Below, in pieces: positions 27,901 to 36,316 of a stretch of DNA of 56,232 nt (positions are counted from its first letter, which is position 1; the number at the start of each line of letters is the position of its first letter). The notes beneath the pieces were generated by a model, which did not search any database, was not told where the DNA came from, and saw nothing but the letters and a program-made list of their open reading frames with translations. Location of the stretch: contig MGVS01000039.1 of the NCBI GenBank assembly GCA_001800605.1, positions 1-56,232 on the forward strand, written 5' to 3'. The DNA comes from Elusimicrobia bacterium RIFOXYD2_FULL_34_15. GTDB lineage: Bacteria > Elusimicrobiota > UBA8919. Made by a program: the position numbers and the translations under genes.

Positions 27901-29857
27901 CGTATAAAGCAGAATAAGAACCATTATTGCCGGTAATTTCTGTGCAACTGCTATTATTAACATAAAAATTGACTTGTTTATCAGCTAATGCATTGTTGGA
28001 AGTATCAGTTAGTGTTGCACGAAATTCAAATGTATCGGAATAATTAATTATTTTTTCAGTATTATTGTAAATACTTGTTTGTTTTGGAATAACTGAAATT
28101 ATCGTATTTGTCCTTGTTTCTTCAGGTACTGACGGAAAATACACGGTAGCGTAATTTGCTATTACAGTTCCCGGTTGCGCATTACTATTTACCCTGACGC
28201 TCATATCAAACTTTCCGCCTTGCTTTGAACCAACTTCTCCGTAATTATCCGCAAAAACCGTGAGCAATCTTGTTTGCGGACTATATTTATATTCAAAATT
28301 ACAAGGTATTTCTGTATTATTGTTATAATCAATTCTTTTAAAATTGGAAACATTTAAACTTGTATCATCTATACCTTCAGGTAATACATCAGTTACATAT
28401 ACGCCGTAAGCAATACCCTCGCCTACATTTTCAAATTCAACAGTATAATTTAATGTCTGTCCTGCAGAGATATACCCCTCGGGCCCGTACATAATATTAG
28501 GATCACGTGCTATAAGAACTGATAATAATTTTTTGTATATTGATGCAAAAGGCCCGACCGGCGTTGTTGTCGGAGAACTCGGTGGTGTAGTTGGTCCCGG
28601 AGGTAATGGAGGTTCTGGCGGCGGACTTCCAGGTGGCTCCGGTGGTTCCGGCGGTGTTGGTGGCCCGGGTGGCGTTGGCGGTTGTGGTGGAGTCGGTGGT
28701 TGTGGCGGTGTTGGTGGTTCTGACGAACCATCACCATCGCCATCACTTTCGCTTACTTTAAAAGAATAACTTCTACTTTCTTCTAAATATAGTTCATTTT
28801 TAACTACAAAACTTACATTATACGTCCCCACCGGCAACGGCTCCGGTGTCTCGTAGGTAATACGCACTGTCTCGGAATTTATCCTAAATAAATTAGGAAT
28901 TTCTTCAGTCCCGCCATTTATACTTATTTTAGCTGATTCTATTCGTAATTTAGATTTTACTAATAATTTTATTTGTACTTTTTTCGGTTCATCTTCGTTA
29001 ATAATCACATTATCTTTTGGTGAGAATGTATCGGTTAAAACAGGGAATGGGGTGTAGGGAGTGTGTGGCATATATGCTCCATATCTATATAATTTCAATT
29101 CATTATTTTCTATTTTAAAATTCGTCGTTTCTTCTATGACTCTTCTCATATGAATGCCTGTTACATATGATAACCATGCGGCGTGTATTATTGTTACTGT
29201 TCCAGTGTTAGCTGTATTATAATTTAATTTAGTTTTTACTAAGACAACATGGCCTTTTGGATCATATAATGCATCACCATTATCTATTAAATGATAATTC
29301 GCAACACTTAATCCATATTTAGAACCAACATTGCTACTATGTATATCATTTGTATTTCCGGGTACCCACATCTCTTCTACAAACTCTGCACAATCTATCC
29401 CGGCATATCCTTTGCCTGCATGACTTGAAGGTACTGTTGTATCTAAATCCCTTTTCCCTGCTATATAACCATTGGTAATTCTACTTTTGAATGTAGTGAA
29501 TGTATTGTCCATGCCATACGCATACGCTACACTGGGATATGATTTACCTAGTTCAAATGGCCACCAACTATTAGGAAAATTTGAATTTAATTCTTTATCC
29601 ACATTTCGTCTATCATCTATGTCATCGTTTGGTATACCCCTTTTTGTTACAATATCTTTTCCTATTTTTACTTTTATATCAGAACCATCATCTATAATAT
29701 TATTCACTGAGCATACCCAAGGTTGTAATAACATATATGGCGCAGTTCTAGATATAACTTCATCTCTTGTAATGCCACAAATAGATGTTTTGATAGAAAT
29801 CAAAAAAGTTGAAAATATAATACAATATTTGATATTGTTATTTATCTTTTGGAACAT
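24959..29857 (-). CDS. Large secreted multidomain protein: NlpC/P60-like N-domain, Pro-rich linker, DUF11-like domain, Ig-like repeats, beta-helix-like repeats, T9SS/FlgD-like C-terminal domain
   Basis: GIDCAEFV...GHVVLV...IIHA; PPTPPQ repeats; ARDPN...YTVEFEN; repeated EGxHTIxYxSxDN; LSGQA repeats; YAYPNP...IYNIAGEL...WD...ASGVYLY. Confidence 0.8.
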   Translation of the reverse strand: MFQKINNNIKYCIIFSTFLISIKTSICGITRDEVISRTAPYMLLQPWVCSVNNIIDDGSDIKVKIGKDIVTKRGIPNDDIDDRRNVDKELNSNFPNSWWPFELGKSYPSVAYAYGMDNTFTTFKSRITNGYIAGKRDLDTTVPSSHAGKGYAGIDCAEFVEEMWVPGNTNDIHSSNVGSKYGLSVANYHLIDNGDALYDPKGHVVLVKTKLNYNTANTGTVTIIHAAWLSYVTGIHMRRVIEETTNFKIENNELKLYRYGAYMPHTPYTPFPVLTDTFSPKDNVIINEDEPKKVQIKLLVKSKLRIESAKISINGGTEEIPNLFRINSETVRITYETPEPLPVGTYNVSFVVKNELYLEESRSYSFKVSESDGDGDGSSEPPTPPQPPTPPQPPTPPGPPTPPEPPEPPGSPPPEPPLPPGPTTPPSSPTTTPVGPFASIYKKLLSVLIARDPNIMYGPEGYISAGQTLNYTVEFENVGEGIAYGVYVTDVLPEGIDDTSLNVSNFKRIDYNNNTEIPCNFEYKYSPQTRLLTVFADNYGEVGSKQGGKFDMSVRVNSNAQPGTVIANYATVYFPSVPEETRTNTIISVIPKQTSIYNNTEKIINYSDTFEFRATLTDTSNNALADKQVNFYVNNSSCTEITGNNGSYSALYGIDLLPGEYPIKIEFPGDGYYYLPSQVQETLKIVKEKVILSKPNATILYPGTTTLIVTMTDDENLELLHQEDEPKTVVLEYWNNDSWQTITQSTLVKSSVTFEFSLPERPVRLSYYLRVRFDGDSRYESSSRIGILAITDNESPVITINSPEGGERFIATLNKIYVDFNVTDLSRFVTTGYLTLIECPDTSKIGTKVIVSTDVQIEPLNLPSYGIYTLTVEATDAIGNYSSSTTAKFEVVWDTKPPVSQLQIADYKFQINGKTYITSESQIELSAIDDLIEVGDGIGLGVKYTEYKIDDSPYSIYLSTIYLSNLSDGEHTIYYRSYDNLLNQEAEKSLTITIDNSVPETFLSISDPKFNEYITSNSIFKLVTIDPSTGSGQASTGTIPSGIKETKYTIYTSTDNIPAYTQYITTFNITGIDGIYLMNYYSQDNVENTEPERTVTIKLDNTPPESELQISNCGTCPDSSGFQIGDKTYINSETEIIISAEDSIINGVFSGLKDIKFRVDSSEFINYTSSFTLSEGIHTIKYYAEDNLNNAEPYNSITLNVDATPPITTINTTETYITPDTPIFFNTIDPLVNGIASGVKETYYSIDNSTYTVYLSTSLPIYLVSEGTHTVTYRSIDNVSNVETLKSAVFTVTQLTEYAALGIEGITINGQGKIYGDVRSNKQIKLSGQALIDGNAEGQKITLIGQSKITGTITQNTEPMSPYIIDLDTMQVKISQTNDNDKIPLTSKGKKALINGILTLSGQDTLTISTGTYYLSGIDLSGQAKLNLTGEIQILCIGKIQISGQSEVHYNGNPYKLMIYCNTTQPIQISGQGELKGIIYAPYSDISINGQGITLSNVIAKSIDINGQSKIIGVNYKEKPILLGALKQAPSAAFVKGEVYAYPNPAKNGYQPIIHAECGIADSLEIQIYNIAGELLHKNEIFSLPIIKNNKYAYEYTWDINDIASGVYLYIIKAHKTGEKTIRVLRKIAVIR
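26495..26515. repeat. 21-nt hairpin inserted in frame (encodes TCPDSSG)
   Basis: TCCCGATGAGTCGGGACAAGT; near-identical intergenic copy at 56185-56204. Confidence 0.88.
26759..26779. repeat. 21-nt element inserted in frame (encodes PSTGSGQ)
   Basis: TTGCCCTGAGCCTGTCGAAGG; relatives at 45652-45674 and 48786-48808. Confidence 0.85.
28590..28720 (-). repeat. Proline-rich coding tandem repeat (about 18-nt period)
   Basis: EPPTPPQPPTPPQPPTPPGPPTPPEPPEPP. Confidence 0.85.
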
Positions 29858-30839
29858 ATTTTATTACCTTTAGTATATTACTAATCATATCATCATAAAA
29901 ATAATATTTATCTATATAATATATCGGTACTCCTTCTAACTTTTTTATGAGTTTACCTTCCAAATTAAAAACAAATATTTCACTTTTAGCATTTTCTGCT
30001 TTACCTGAATAAATTTCTACATAAATTTCATTTGGTGTTAAAAAACCATAATACCTTATAGGATATTCGATCTTTGATAAATCAATTTTCGTTATCTTAT
30101 TTGTTGATTTTGACTTAATATTTATTATCCTTTCTGGCAAACCACTCTCAGAACTCGAAAGATATAATGAGTATTCGCTTTTGTCGTCTGGTATTTCTTT
30201 GTATTTTGCTTCTGTATTTATATCAAGATAATATTTGTCCATATTCAAGAACAAACGATCATTTTTTACTATTAAAGAATTGCCTGCTTCTACTTCCCAT
30301 TTCTTTATAAACTTATCATCCTTAAACTGCCAGACTTCGCCTTTTTTGTTTCTTTCAAAATAGTAATATAAATTGTCATTCGAATCTATTACAATGTTAA
30401 TACCATATACTTCAATGGGATATATTAAATATTTTTCTTTTAAATATGGGTTTTCTATAGGTTTTCCTTCAAAATATTTTGTCTTACCTTTAAAAGATTC
30501 AACAGGTATTGAAAGCAAATATTTACCTTCACTATCAAATTTCTGTATTCTATTATTTACAGTATCAAGAATATATATATTCCCTTTTGAATCTACTATC
30601 ATACTTTGAGGTTCGTAGAATTGTTCTCCCCATTCGCTCTTTCCGAATTCCCCATGTTCTGTCCCCCACATCCCTTCCACAATTACCTTCGGCATATACT
30701 CTTCTACCATTACAGGATATGTAGCATAGGGCGTAAGTATCATTTTATATGTCTCTGTGCTTTCAGACAATTCCGCTGAATATAAATACATACTATTAAG
30801 AAATAAAACCAACACTAAAATGTTTTTCTGTAATTTCAT
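29838..30839 (-). CDS. Secreted NHL-repeat / beta-propeller-like protein
   Basis: Signal peptide after ATG 30839; PQSMIVDSKGNIYILDTVNNRIQKFDSEGKYL NHL repeat. Confidence 0.75.
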   Translation of the reverse strand: MKLQKNILVLVLFLNSMYLYSAELSESTETYKMILTPYATYPVMVEEYMPKVIVEGMWGTEHGEFGKSEWGEQFYEPQSMIVDSKGNIYILDTVNNRIQKFDSEGKYLLSIPVESFKGKTKYFEGKPIENPYLKEKYLIYPIEVYGINIVIDSNDNLYYYFERNKKGEVWQFKDDKFIKKWEVEAGNSLIVKNDRLFLNMDKYYLDINTEAKYKEIPDDKSEYSLYLSSSESGLPERIINIKSKSTNKITKIDLSKIEYPIRYYGFLTPNEIYVEIYSGKAENAKSEIFVFNLEGKLIKKLEGVPIYYIDKYYFYDDMISNILKVIKYVPKDK

Positions 30840-30848
30840 AAACAATAT

Positions 30849-31925
30849 TTATTCTTCCTGTGTTTTATATAATTCTGCAGAACATCCTAACGTCGTATCA
30901 GCAAATATACCACCTTTAATTACTATTTGATAATTAAATTTTATTGTTGATTTTGCGGGAATTATTTTCATATCCCAGCGTAATAATGGCCATGGATCTT
31001 GTTCATTTACCCAATCTTCTAATCCAAGTATTTGAAGATAACATCCTTCTGTACCGGAAAGATATTTACATTGTGACGGTAATTCTACAAGTACCGCATA
31101 ATTTTCCGCAGCGCCCAATCCATCGTTCCGTACTTCTACAGTGCATGACACAGTTTGTCCAGGACTTGCTCTGTCCGGACTAAAAAGCTTTACGCTTAAA
31201 TCAGGTTGTGGTGATAAACCATAATCAAGCCGTGTTATAGATAAAGAAAGATTTTTTGTTTTTTCATCTATTGTTGCTGATGCAAGACCGTATATAGGTT
31301 TTGTTATTACTCCTTCCAGTTTTGTTTGGAATACATTGTATTTTACAGTCGTATAAATTGAACCTGCTCCTAAATTTGAATTAAATGATATTATAGAAAA
31401 TCCTTCGTTGTTATATGGATTATTTATATCGTTTACTCTTAGTAATGTTAATGTTGTAGATAAATTACCGTTATAATGCCCAACTGAATTTCCTTCTAAC
31501 ATTTTTTGAAGGTAATATAACTGTGTGTTAGGATATTCTGTTTCCATCTGATATGTAATGTTTCCAGCTATTTTTATTTTGTCTATCATTTGTTGATTTT
31601 CGGCTTGAACTATTGATAATGTGGCGTAATATATATCGTAATTATTACTTCCGGTTACCGATTCTTGAATTACTCCTTCTATTATTCCGTACATCGGACC
31701 TTTAACATTTCCATACAAATATATTTTTCTTTCTTTTTCATTTAAATAAGACATTCCATCACATTGATTTAAATAAGATGCGTTACCAACAGTTAATATG
31801 AATTCGCTTTTAAAAATACCTTTATCCGCAAATACACCTGTTTTAATATCTATTTTGTCAAAATAATTAAATGCAAGTGTTCCAATCATCGTATTACCTT
31901 CAAAAGTATTGTTTTGCAGTACCAA
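30849..31925 (-). CDS. DUF11-domain ORF, probably the C-terminal continuation of the upstream gene
   Basis: PDLSVKLFSPDRASPGQTVSCTVEVRNDG; same frame as upstream ORF, separated by one TAG; no signal peptide or SD. Confidence 0.6.
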   Translation of the reverse strand: MVLQNNTFEGNTMIGTLAFNYFDKIDIKTGVFADKGIFKSEFILTVGNASYLNQCDGMSYLNEKERKIYLYGNVKGPMYGIIEGVIQESVTGSNNYDIYYATLSIVQAENQQMIDKIKIAGNITYQMETEYPNTQLYYLQKMLEGNSVGHYNGNLSTTLTLLRVNDINNPYNNEGFSIISFNSNLGAGSIYTTVKYNVFQTKLEGVITKPIYGLASATIDEKTKNLSLSITRLDYGLSPQPDLSVKLFSPDRASPGQTVSCTVEVRNDGLGAAENYAVLVELPSQCKYLSGTEGCYLQILGLEDWVNEQDPWPLLRWDMKIIPAKSTIKFNYQIVIKGGIFADTTLGCSAELYKTQEE

Positions 31926-31928
31926 TTT

Positions 31929-34598
31929 CTATTTTTTTAGTGTTTCATTTATGATATTATTTTTTGTATAGGTTTCAGTTAAATCTGATACCGCTACCGG
32001 TGAATCTGTTGTTAGTGATTTATATATGACGGTTCCATCCGGGGCGTTCGCTAATCCTTGTCCGCCTTTTGCTTGTATACTACCTGTATATGAAGTTGTT
32101 TCATAATATACGGCTATCCTACCACCTGCTCCGGCATTTGCTAAATAATATTCTGATGCATCACCGCCATCGGCATTTATTTCTCCGTTACCGCTTAATG
32201 TTTTTGTTATTATGTATATACTGCCACCTCGGCCACCACTGGTGTGCCTGTCTCCCCAATAGTTATATTTAATTCCTTTTTGTCCTCTCGCAGTTATCTG
32301 GCCATTAATTATTATGTTATTCGCAATTATTTTTATCTTACCACCGCCGCTTGCTCCTGCACATTGTTCGTTTGCATTACCGCCGCTACCCAGTTCTGCA
32401 GGTTCGTAAATAGAACCGTATATCCCTGCTGGGCCACTACCACCGGGGTATCCTTTGTAATCCACATTGATACTGCCACCGTCTTCTATTATTAAGTTAT
32501 TACTTACTTCAAGGTCAAAATCAGAATCCTGTAATGTGTGGGTTACTACACCGCCGGATGAGATTGTTAGATTTGATGTGGTAAGTTTAGTGTTCAAATA
32601 AAACGTTCCTTTATTACCTATTTGAGGTGTTCCTAATATTAACAAACTACCTTCGTTATAGTAAAGCATCCCGCCATTTTCCAATGTTAAGTTTGTTATT
32701 GTTAAATCGCCATTATTACTTAATATACCATTATTAGTTATAGTTAAGTCTGTAGTTGTTATTTTGTTAGTGTTATTTATTCTTAGTTCTGCTTTGTTCT
32801 TCATTATTATATTATCTAATGTATATGTACCTTGTGGTAATAAAGTGGGTGAACAGTTGTTACTACTGTTGTTATCTAACGTTAAATTACCATTAGATTG
32901 TTGTGTTGATTTAATATATATTGTTCCTGCTGCCGAATCTTTTGACAAACCACCTGTACCACGACCTCCGTTACCAGTAATATTGCCTGTAAAATTGTTT
33001 ATCTCATAATATATTGCTATCCTACCACCAGGGCCGGCAGATACGCTGTAATATGGTGTATTGCCGCCATCGGAAATTATCTTCCCGTTACCGAATAATG
33101 CCTGCGTTCTTATATAAATACTACCGCCTTCTGCACCGGTTGTGTATTGTTCTGACCAGTAATGATATGATATCCCGTTTTGTCCTCTGGTTGATATTTG
33201 TCCATTTACTACCATGTCTTTTGCTGTTATTTTTATTTTCCCGCCGCCGGTTGCTCCGGCACATTGTGCATTTGCACCTCCGCCGGCTCCCATGTCTACC
33301 GGCTCGTATATCGAACCATGCGGCCAACTTGGACCATTACCACCGGGATATCCTTTATAATCCGCATTGATACTGCCACCGTCTTCTATTATTAAGTTAT
33401 TACTTACTTCAAGGTCAAAATCGGAATCCTGTAATGTGTGGGTTACTACTCCGCCGGATGAGATTGTTAGGTTATCTATTGATAATGCTGTGTTTAAATA
33501 AAATGTTCCACCGCTGCCAATTTGTAATATACCGTTATTTGGTATTGTTCCTTTAACTGATAGATTTCCCTCATTGTGATATAACACACCACCACTTTCT
33601 AATGTCAAATTAGTAATTGTCAGATTTCCGTTATTAGTTAATGTTCCATAATTGGTTATGATTAAATTTGTAGTTGTTATTTCGTTAGTGTTATTTGTTC
33701 TCAGTTCTGCTTTGTTCTTTATTATTATATTATCTAATGTATATGTACCTTGTGGTAATAAAGTATACCAGCTGTTATTGGTGGTATTGTTATCTAGTGT
33801 TAAATAACCGTTGGATTGCTGGGCTGACTTAGTATATATTGTCCCGGCAGAAGCTTCTGTCGGTAAACCGCCGGATCCGCGGCCACCGTTTGCAGTAATA
33901 TTACCTGTAAGATTGTTTGTCTTATAATATATCGCTATTCTGCCTCCTGCTCCACCGGATACTGAGTAATATGGCGAATCTCCACCGTCTGCAAGTATCT
34001 TACCACTTCCGGATAATGCCTGCGTTCTTATGTAGATACTTCCGCCTTCGGCACCGTTTGTATATTGCGGTGACCAATAATGATATGATATCCCATTTTG
34101 GCCTCTGGCTGATATTTGTCCATTTACTACCATGTCTTTTGCTGTTATTTTTATCTTCCCGCCTCCGGTTGCTCCGGCACATTGTGCATTTGCACCTCCG
34201 CCGGCCCCCATGTCTACCGGCTCATATATCGAACCATGCGGCCATGCAGGACCACTACCACCAACATATCCTTTGTAATCCACATTGATACTGCCACCGT
34301 CTTCTATTATTAAGTTATTACTTACTTCAAGGTCAAAATCAGAATCCTGTAATGTGTGGGTTACTACACCGCCGGATGAGATTGTTAGATTTGATGTGGT
34401 AAGTTTAGTGTTCAAATACAATTTTCCATATATTTGAACAGAATTGGTATATGTATGAGGATTATCTAATATGTAGGTTTCTGTAGAAAGAACTATTAAA
34501 TCACTGTCTGTATCGGTTACTGCTAATAAATACGTATTGGATAAAAAAAATATGATTAATATTGCTAATAATATATTTAAATATATATTTTTCTTCAT
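31929..34598 (-). CDS. Secreted Gly/Asn/Thr-rich repeat protein (adhesin-like)
   Basis: Signal peptide; three approx. 300-aa units with GGGKIKI, GGSIYI, GGRIAIYY motifs. Confidence 0.8.
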   Translation of the reverse strand: MKKNIYLNILLAILIIFFLSNTYLLAVTDTDSDLIVLSTETYILDNPHTYTNSVQIYGKLYLNTKLTTSNLTISSGGVVTHTLQDSDFDLEVSNNLIIEDGGSINVDYKGYVGGSGPAWPHGSIYEPVDMGAGGGANAQCAGATGGGKIKITAKDMVVNGQISARGQNGISYHYWSPQYTNGAEGGSIYIRTQALSGSGKILADGGDSPYYSVSGGAGGRIAIYYKTNNLTGNITANGGRGSGGLPTEASAGTIYTKSAQQSNGYLTLDNNTTNNSWYTLLPQGTYTLDNIIIKNKAELRTNNTNEITTTNLIITNYGTLTNNGNLTITNLTLESGGVLYHNEGNLSVKGTIPNNGILQIGSGGTFYLNTALSIDNLTISSGGVVTHTLQDSDFDLEVSNNLIIEDGGSINADYKGYPGGNGPSWPHGSIYEPVDMGAGGGANAQCAGATGGGKIKITAKDMVVNGQISTRGQNGISYHYWSEQYTTGAEGGSIYIRTQALFGNGKIISDGGNTPYYSVSAGPGGRIAIYYEINNFTGNITGNGGRGTGGLSKDSAAGTIYIKSTQQSNGNLTLDNNSSNNCSPTLLPQGTYTLDNIIMKNKAELRINNTNKITTTDLTITNNGILSNNGDLTITNLTLENGGMLYYNEGSLLILGTPQIGNKGTFYLNTKLTTSNLTISSGGVVTHTLQDSDFDLEVSNNLIIEDGGSINVDYKGYPGGSGPAGIYGSIYEPAELGSGGNANEQCAGASGGGKIKIIANNIIINGQITARGQKGIKYNYWGDRHTSGGRGGSIYIITKTLSGNGEINADGGDASEYYLANAGAGGRIAVYYETTSYTGSIQAKGGQGLANAPDGTVIYKSLTTDSPVAVSDLTETYTKNNIINETLKK
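32449..34418. repeat. Intragenic long direct repeats (three units, about 900-920 nt period)
   Basis: 32449-32600 identical to 34267-34418 (152 nt); middle copy near 33349-33470 differs at a few sites. Confidence 0.9.
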
Positions 34599-34601
34599 AT
34601 T

Positions 34602-35318
34602 CTATGCTATCTTGCCTATATTTAGTCTCTTTAAATATTTTCCGACTTTCAACAGGTCCGCTTTTGTATCAACACCTATTGTATTGTATTTTGTTTTAAC
34701 AACAAAAATTTTATAACCGTTTTCTAAAATTCTTAACTGTTCAAGTTTTTCTGCAATTTCAAGCGGTGTTTGTTTCATCCCGGAATATTTCAGTAAAAAA
34801 TTATTGCGATAGACGTATAAACCGATATGTTTAAGTGAATTTTGTAAAGGTAATCGCGAAAAATAAATAGCAAAATTATTTTTATCAATTATAACTTTTA
34901 CGTCATTTGGATTTGTTCTTTCCTGTTCCGAGGTAAAATCAGTTGCAAGTGTTGATACTAAAATATCTTTGTTATCAATTAACGGTTTAACCGCTAAATC
35001 AATCATTGCGTGCTTTATTAGCGGTTCATCGCCTTGAATATTAACGACGATATCACAATTCATTTTTTTTGCGACAAATGCCAGCCTGTCGGTACCGCTA
35101 TTGCATTGCGGCGTCATTATTACATCTGCGCCAAAAGATTTCGCAGAATTAAAAATTCTTTTGTCATCGGTTGCAATTATAACTTTATCTAATAATTTGG
35201 ATTTTGAAACTGATTCATAAACCCATTGTATCATGGGTTTGTCTAAAATTTTAATAAGTGGTTTTCCTGGTAATCTGGTAGAGGCGTATCTGGAGGGGAT
35301 AATACCAATTATTTTCAT
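34602..35318 (-). CDS. kdsB: CMP-KDO synthetase
   Basis: IPSRYASTRLPGKPL, NIQGDEP, EKLEQLRILENG. Confidence 0.97.
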   Translation of the reverse strand: MKIIGIIPSRYASTRLPGKPLIKILDKPMIQWVYESVSKSKLLDKVIIATDDKRIFNSAKSFGADVIMTPQCNSGTDRLAFVAKKMNCDIVVNIQGDEPLIKHAMIDLAVKPLIDNKDILVSTLATDFTSEQERTNPNDVKVIIDKNNFAIYFSRLPLQNSLKHIGLYVYRNNFLLKYSGMKQTPLEIAEKLEQLRILENGYKIFVVKTKYNTIGVDTKADLLKVGKYLKRLNIGKIA

Positions 35319-36280
35319 TTTAATGCTTTTGATAACTCCTGAGGGGAAACCGTTGCGGTACCAACTTTTCCAACGACAATTCCGGCTGCAAAATTTGCAA
35401 TTTTTGCCGAATCTGAAAGAGACATCCCACTTGCCAAAGCCAAAGTTAATACGGCAATTACAGTGTCTCCTGCTCCCGTTACATCAAAAACTTCTTTCGC
35501 CGCTGTGGGTATATGCAAACTTTTTGTTTGTTCAAAAAGAGTCATGCCGTTTTCACCCTGAGTTATCAATACTGACCTGCATTTTAGTTTTTTTAATATT
35601 TTTTTCCCAAGTTCGTCTATTTCACTTATATTTTTTAACCTTGTAATATGCATTCCGCCCATAGCTTCGTAGATGTTCGGCGTCAAGCAGTCGACATATT
35701 TATATCTTGTAAAATGTTCTATTTTAGGGTCAACGGTAACTATTTTTCTATGTTTTTTGGCTAATTTTATAATCTTTTGTATTATACTTTTGGTGATTAC
35801 TCCTTTACCATAATCCGATATCAATACCGCATCTGAATCAGATATTCTTTCAGTGAAGAATTCTAAAATCTTTTTTGTGTTGACCGGGGAAAGTTCACGT
35901 ACGGTCTCTTTATCAAACCTGACAACTTGTTGATGACCGGCAATTATCCTTGTTTTGATGGAAGTTTCTACGGTTTTATCTTTAAATATACCGCTTACAT
36001 CAATATTTTTCGCATGAAGTTCTTTTAATAATACTTCCGCAGTATAATCATTCCCGACAATACCTGAAATAGAAACATTTCCGCCAAGAGAAACTATGTT
36101 ATTTGCAACATTTCCGGCTCCGCCTAAACAGTATGTTTCCATCTTAACTTCAACAACCGGAACGGGTGCTTCCGGTGAAACTCTTCGTGCCTCACCACGG
36201 ATAAACCTGTCAAGTATCAAATCCCCAAGAATAAGCACTTTCGCTTTCGAAAATTTATCGAATATATGACTAAAATTCAT
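35315..36280 (-). CDS. rfaE1: D-glycero-beta-D-manno-heptose-7-phosphate kinase (HldE/RfaE domain I)
   Basis: SPEAPVPVV, GGAGNVA, SDYGKG, DVTGAGDTV. Confidence 0.93.
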   Translation of the reverse strand: MNFSHIFDKFSKAKVLILGDLILDRFIRGEARRVSPEAPVPVVEVKMETYCLGGAGNVANNIVSLGGNVSISGIVGNDYTAEVLLKELHAKNIDVSGIFKDKTVETSIKTRIIAGHQQVVRFDKETVRELSPVNTKKILEFFTERISDSDAVLISDYGKGVITKSIIQKIIKLAKKHRKIVTVDPKIEHFTRYKYVDCLTPNIYEAMGGMHITRLKNISEIDELGKKILKKLKCRSVLITQGENGMTLFEQTKSLHIPTAAKEVFDVTGAGDTVIAVLTLALASGMSLSDSAKIANFAAGIVVGKVGTATVSPQELSKALK

Positions 36281-36287
36281 AAGAGAA

Positions 36288-36316
36288 ATTATATAAATTT
36301 ATTACAGAAAAGTCAA
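36288..36316 (-). promoter_or_regulatory. Internal sigma70-type promoter directly upstream of rfaE1
   Basis: TTGACT-17-TATAAT, ending 7 nt before the ATG. Confidence 0.65.

Noticed and set aside
30840-30851. Second in-frame stop (TAA ATA TTG) as another readthrough site
   Set aside because: The downstream ORF has its own ATG, purine-rich leader and signal peptide, so the shared frame is probably coincidental
32050-34418. Near-identical repeats as a DGR template/variable pair
   Set aside because: All copies are in-frame parts of one ORF, differences are not adenine-specific, and there is no reverse transcriptase
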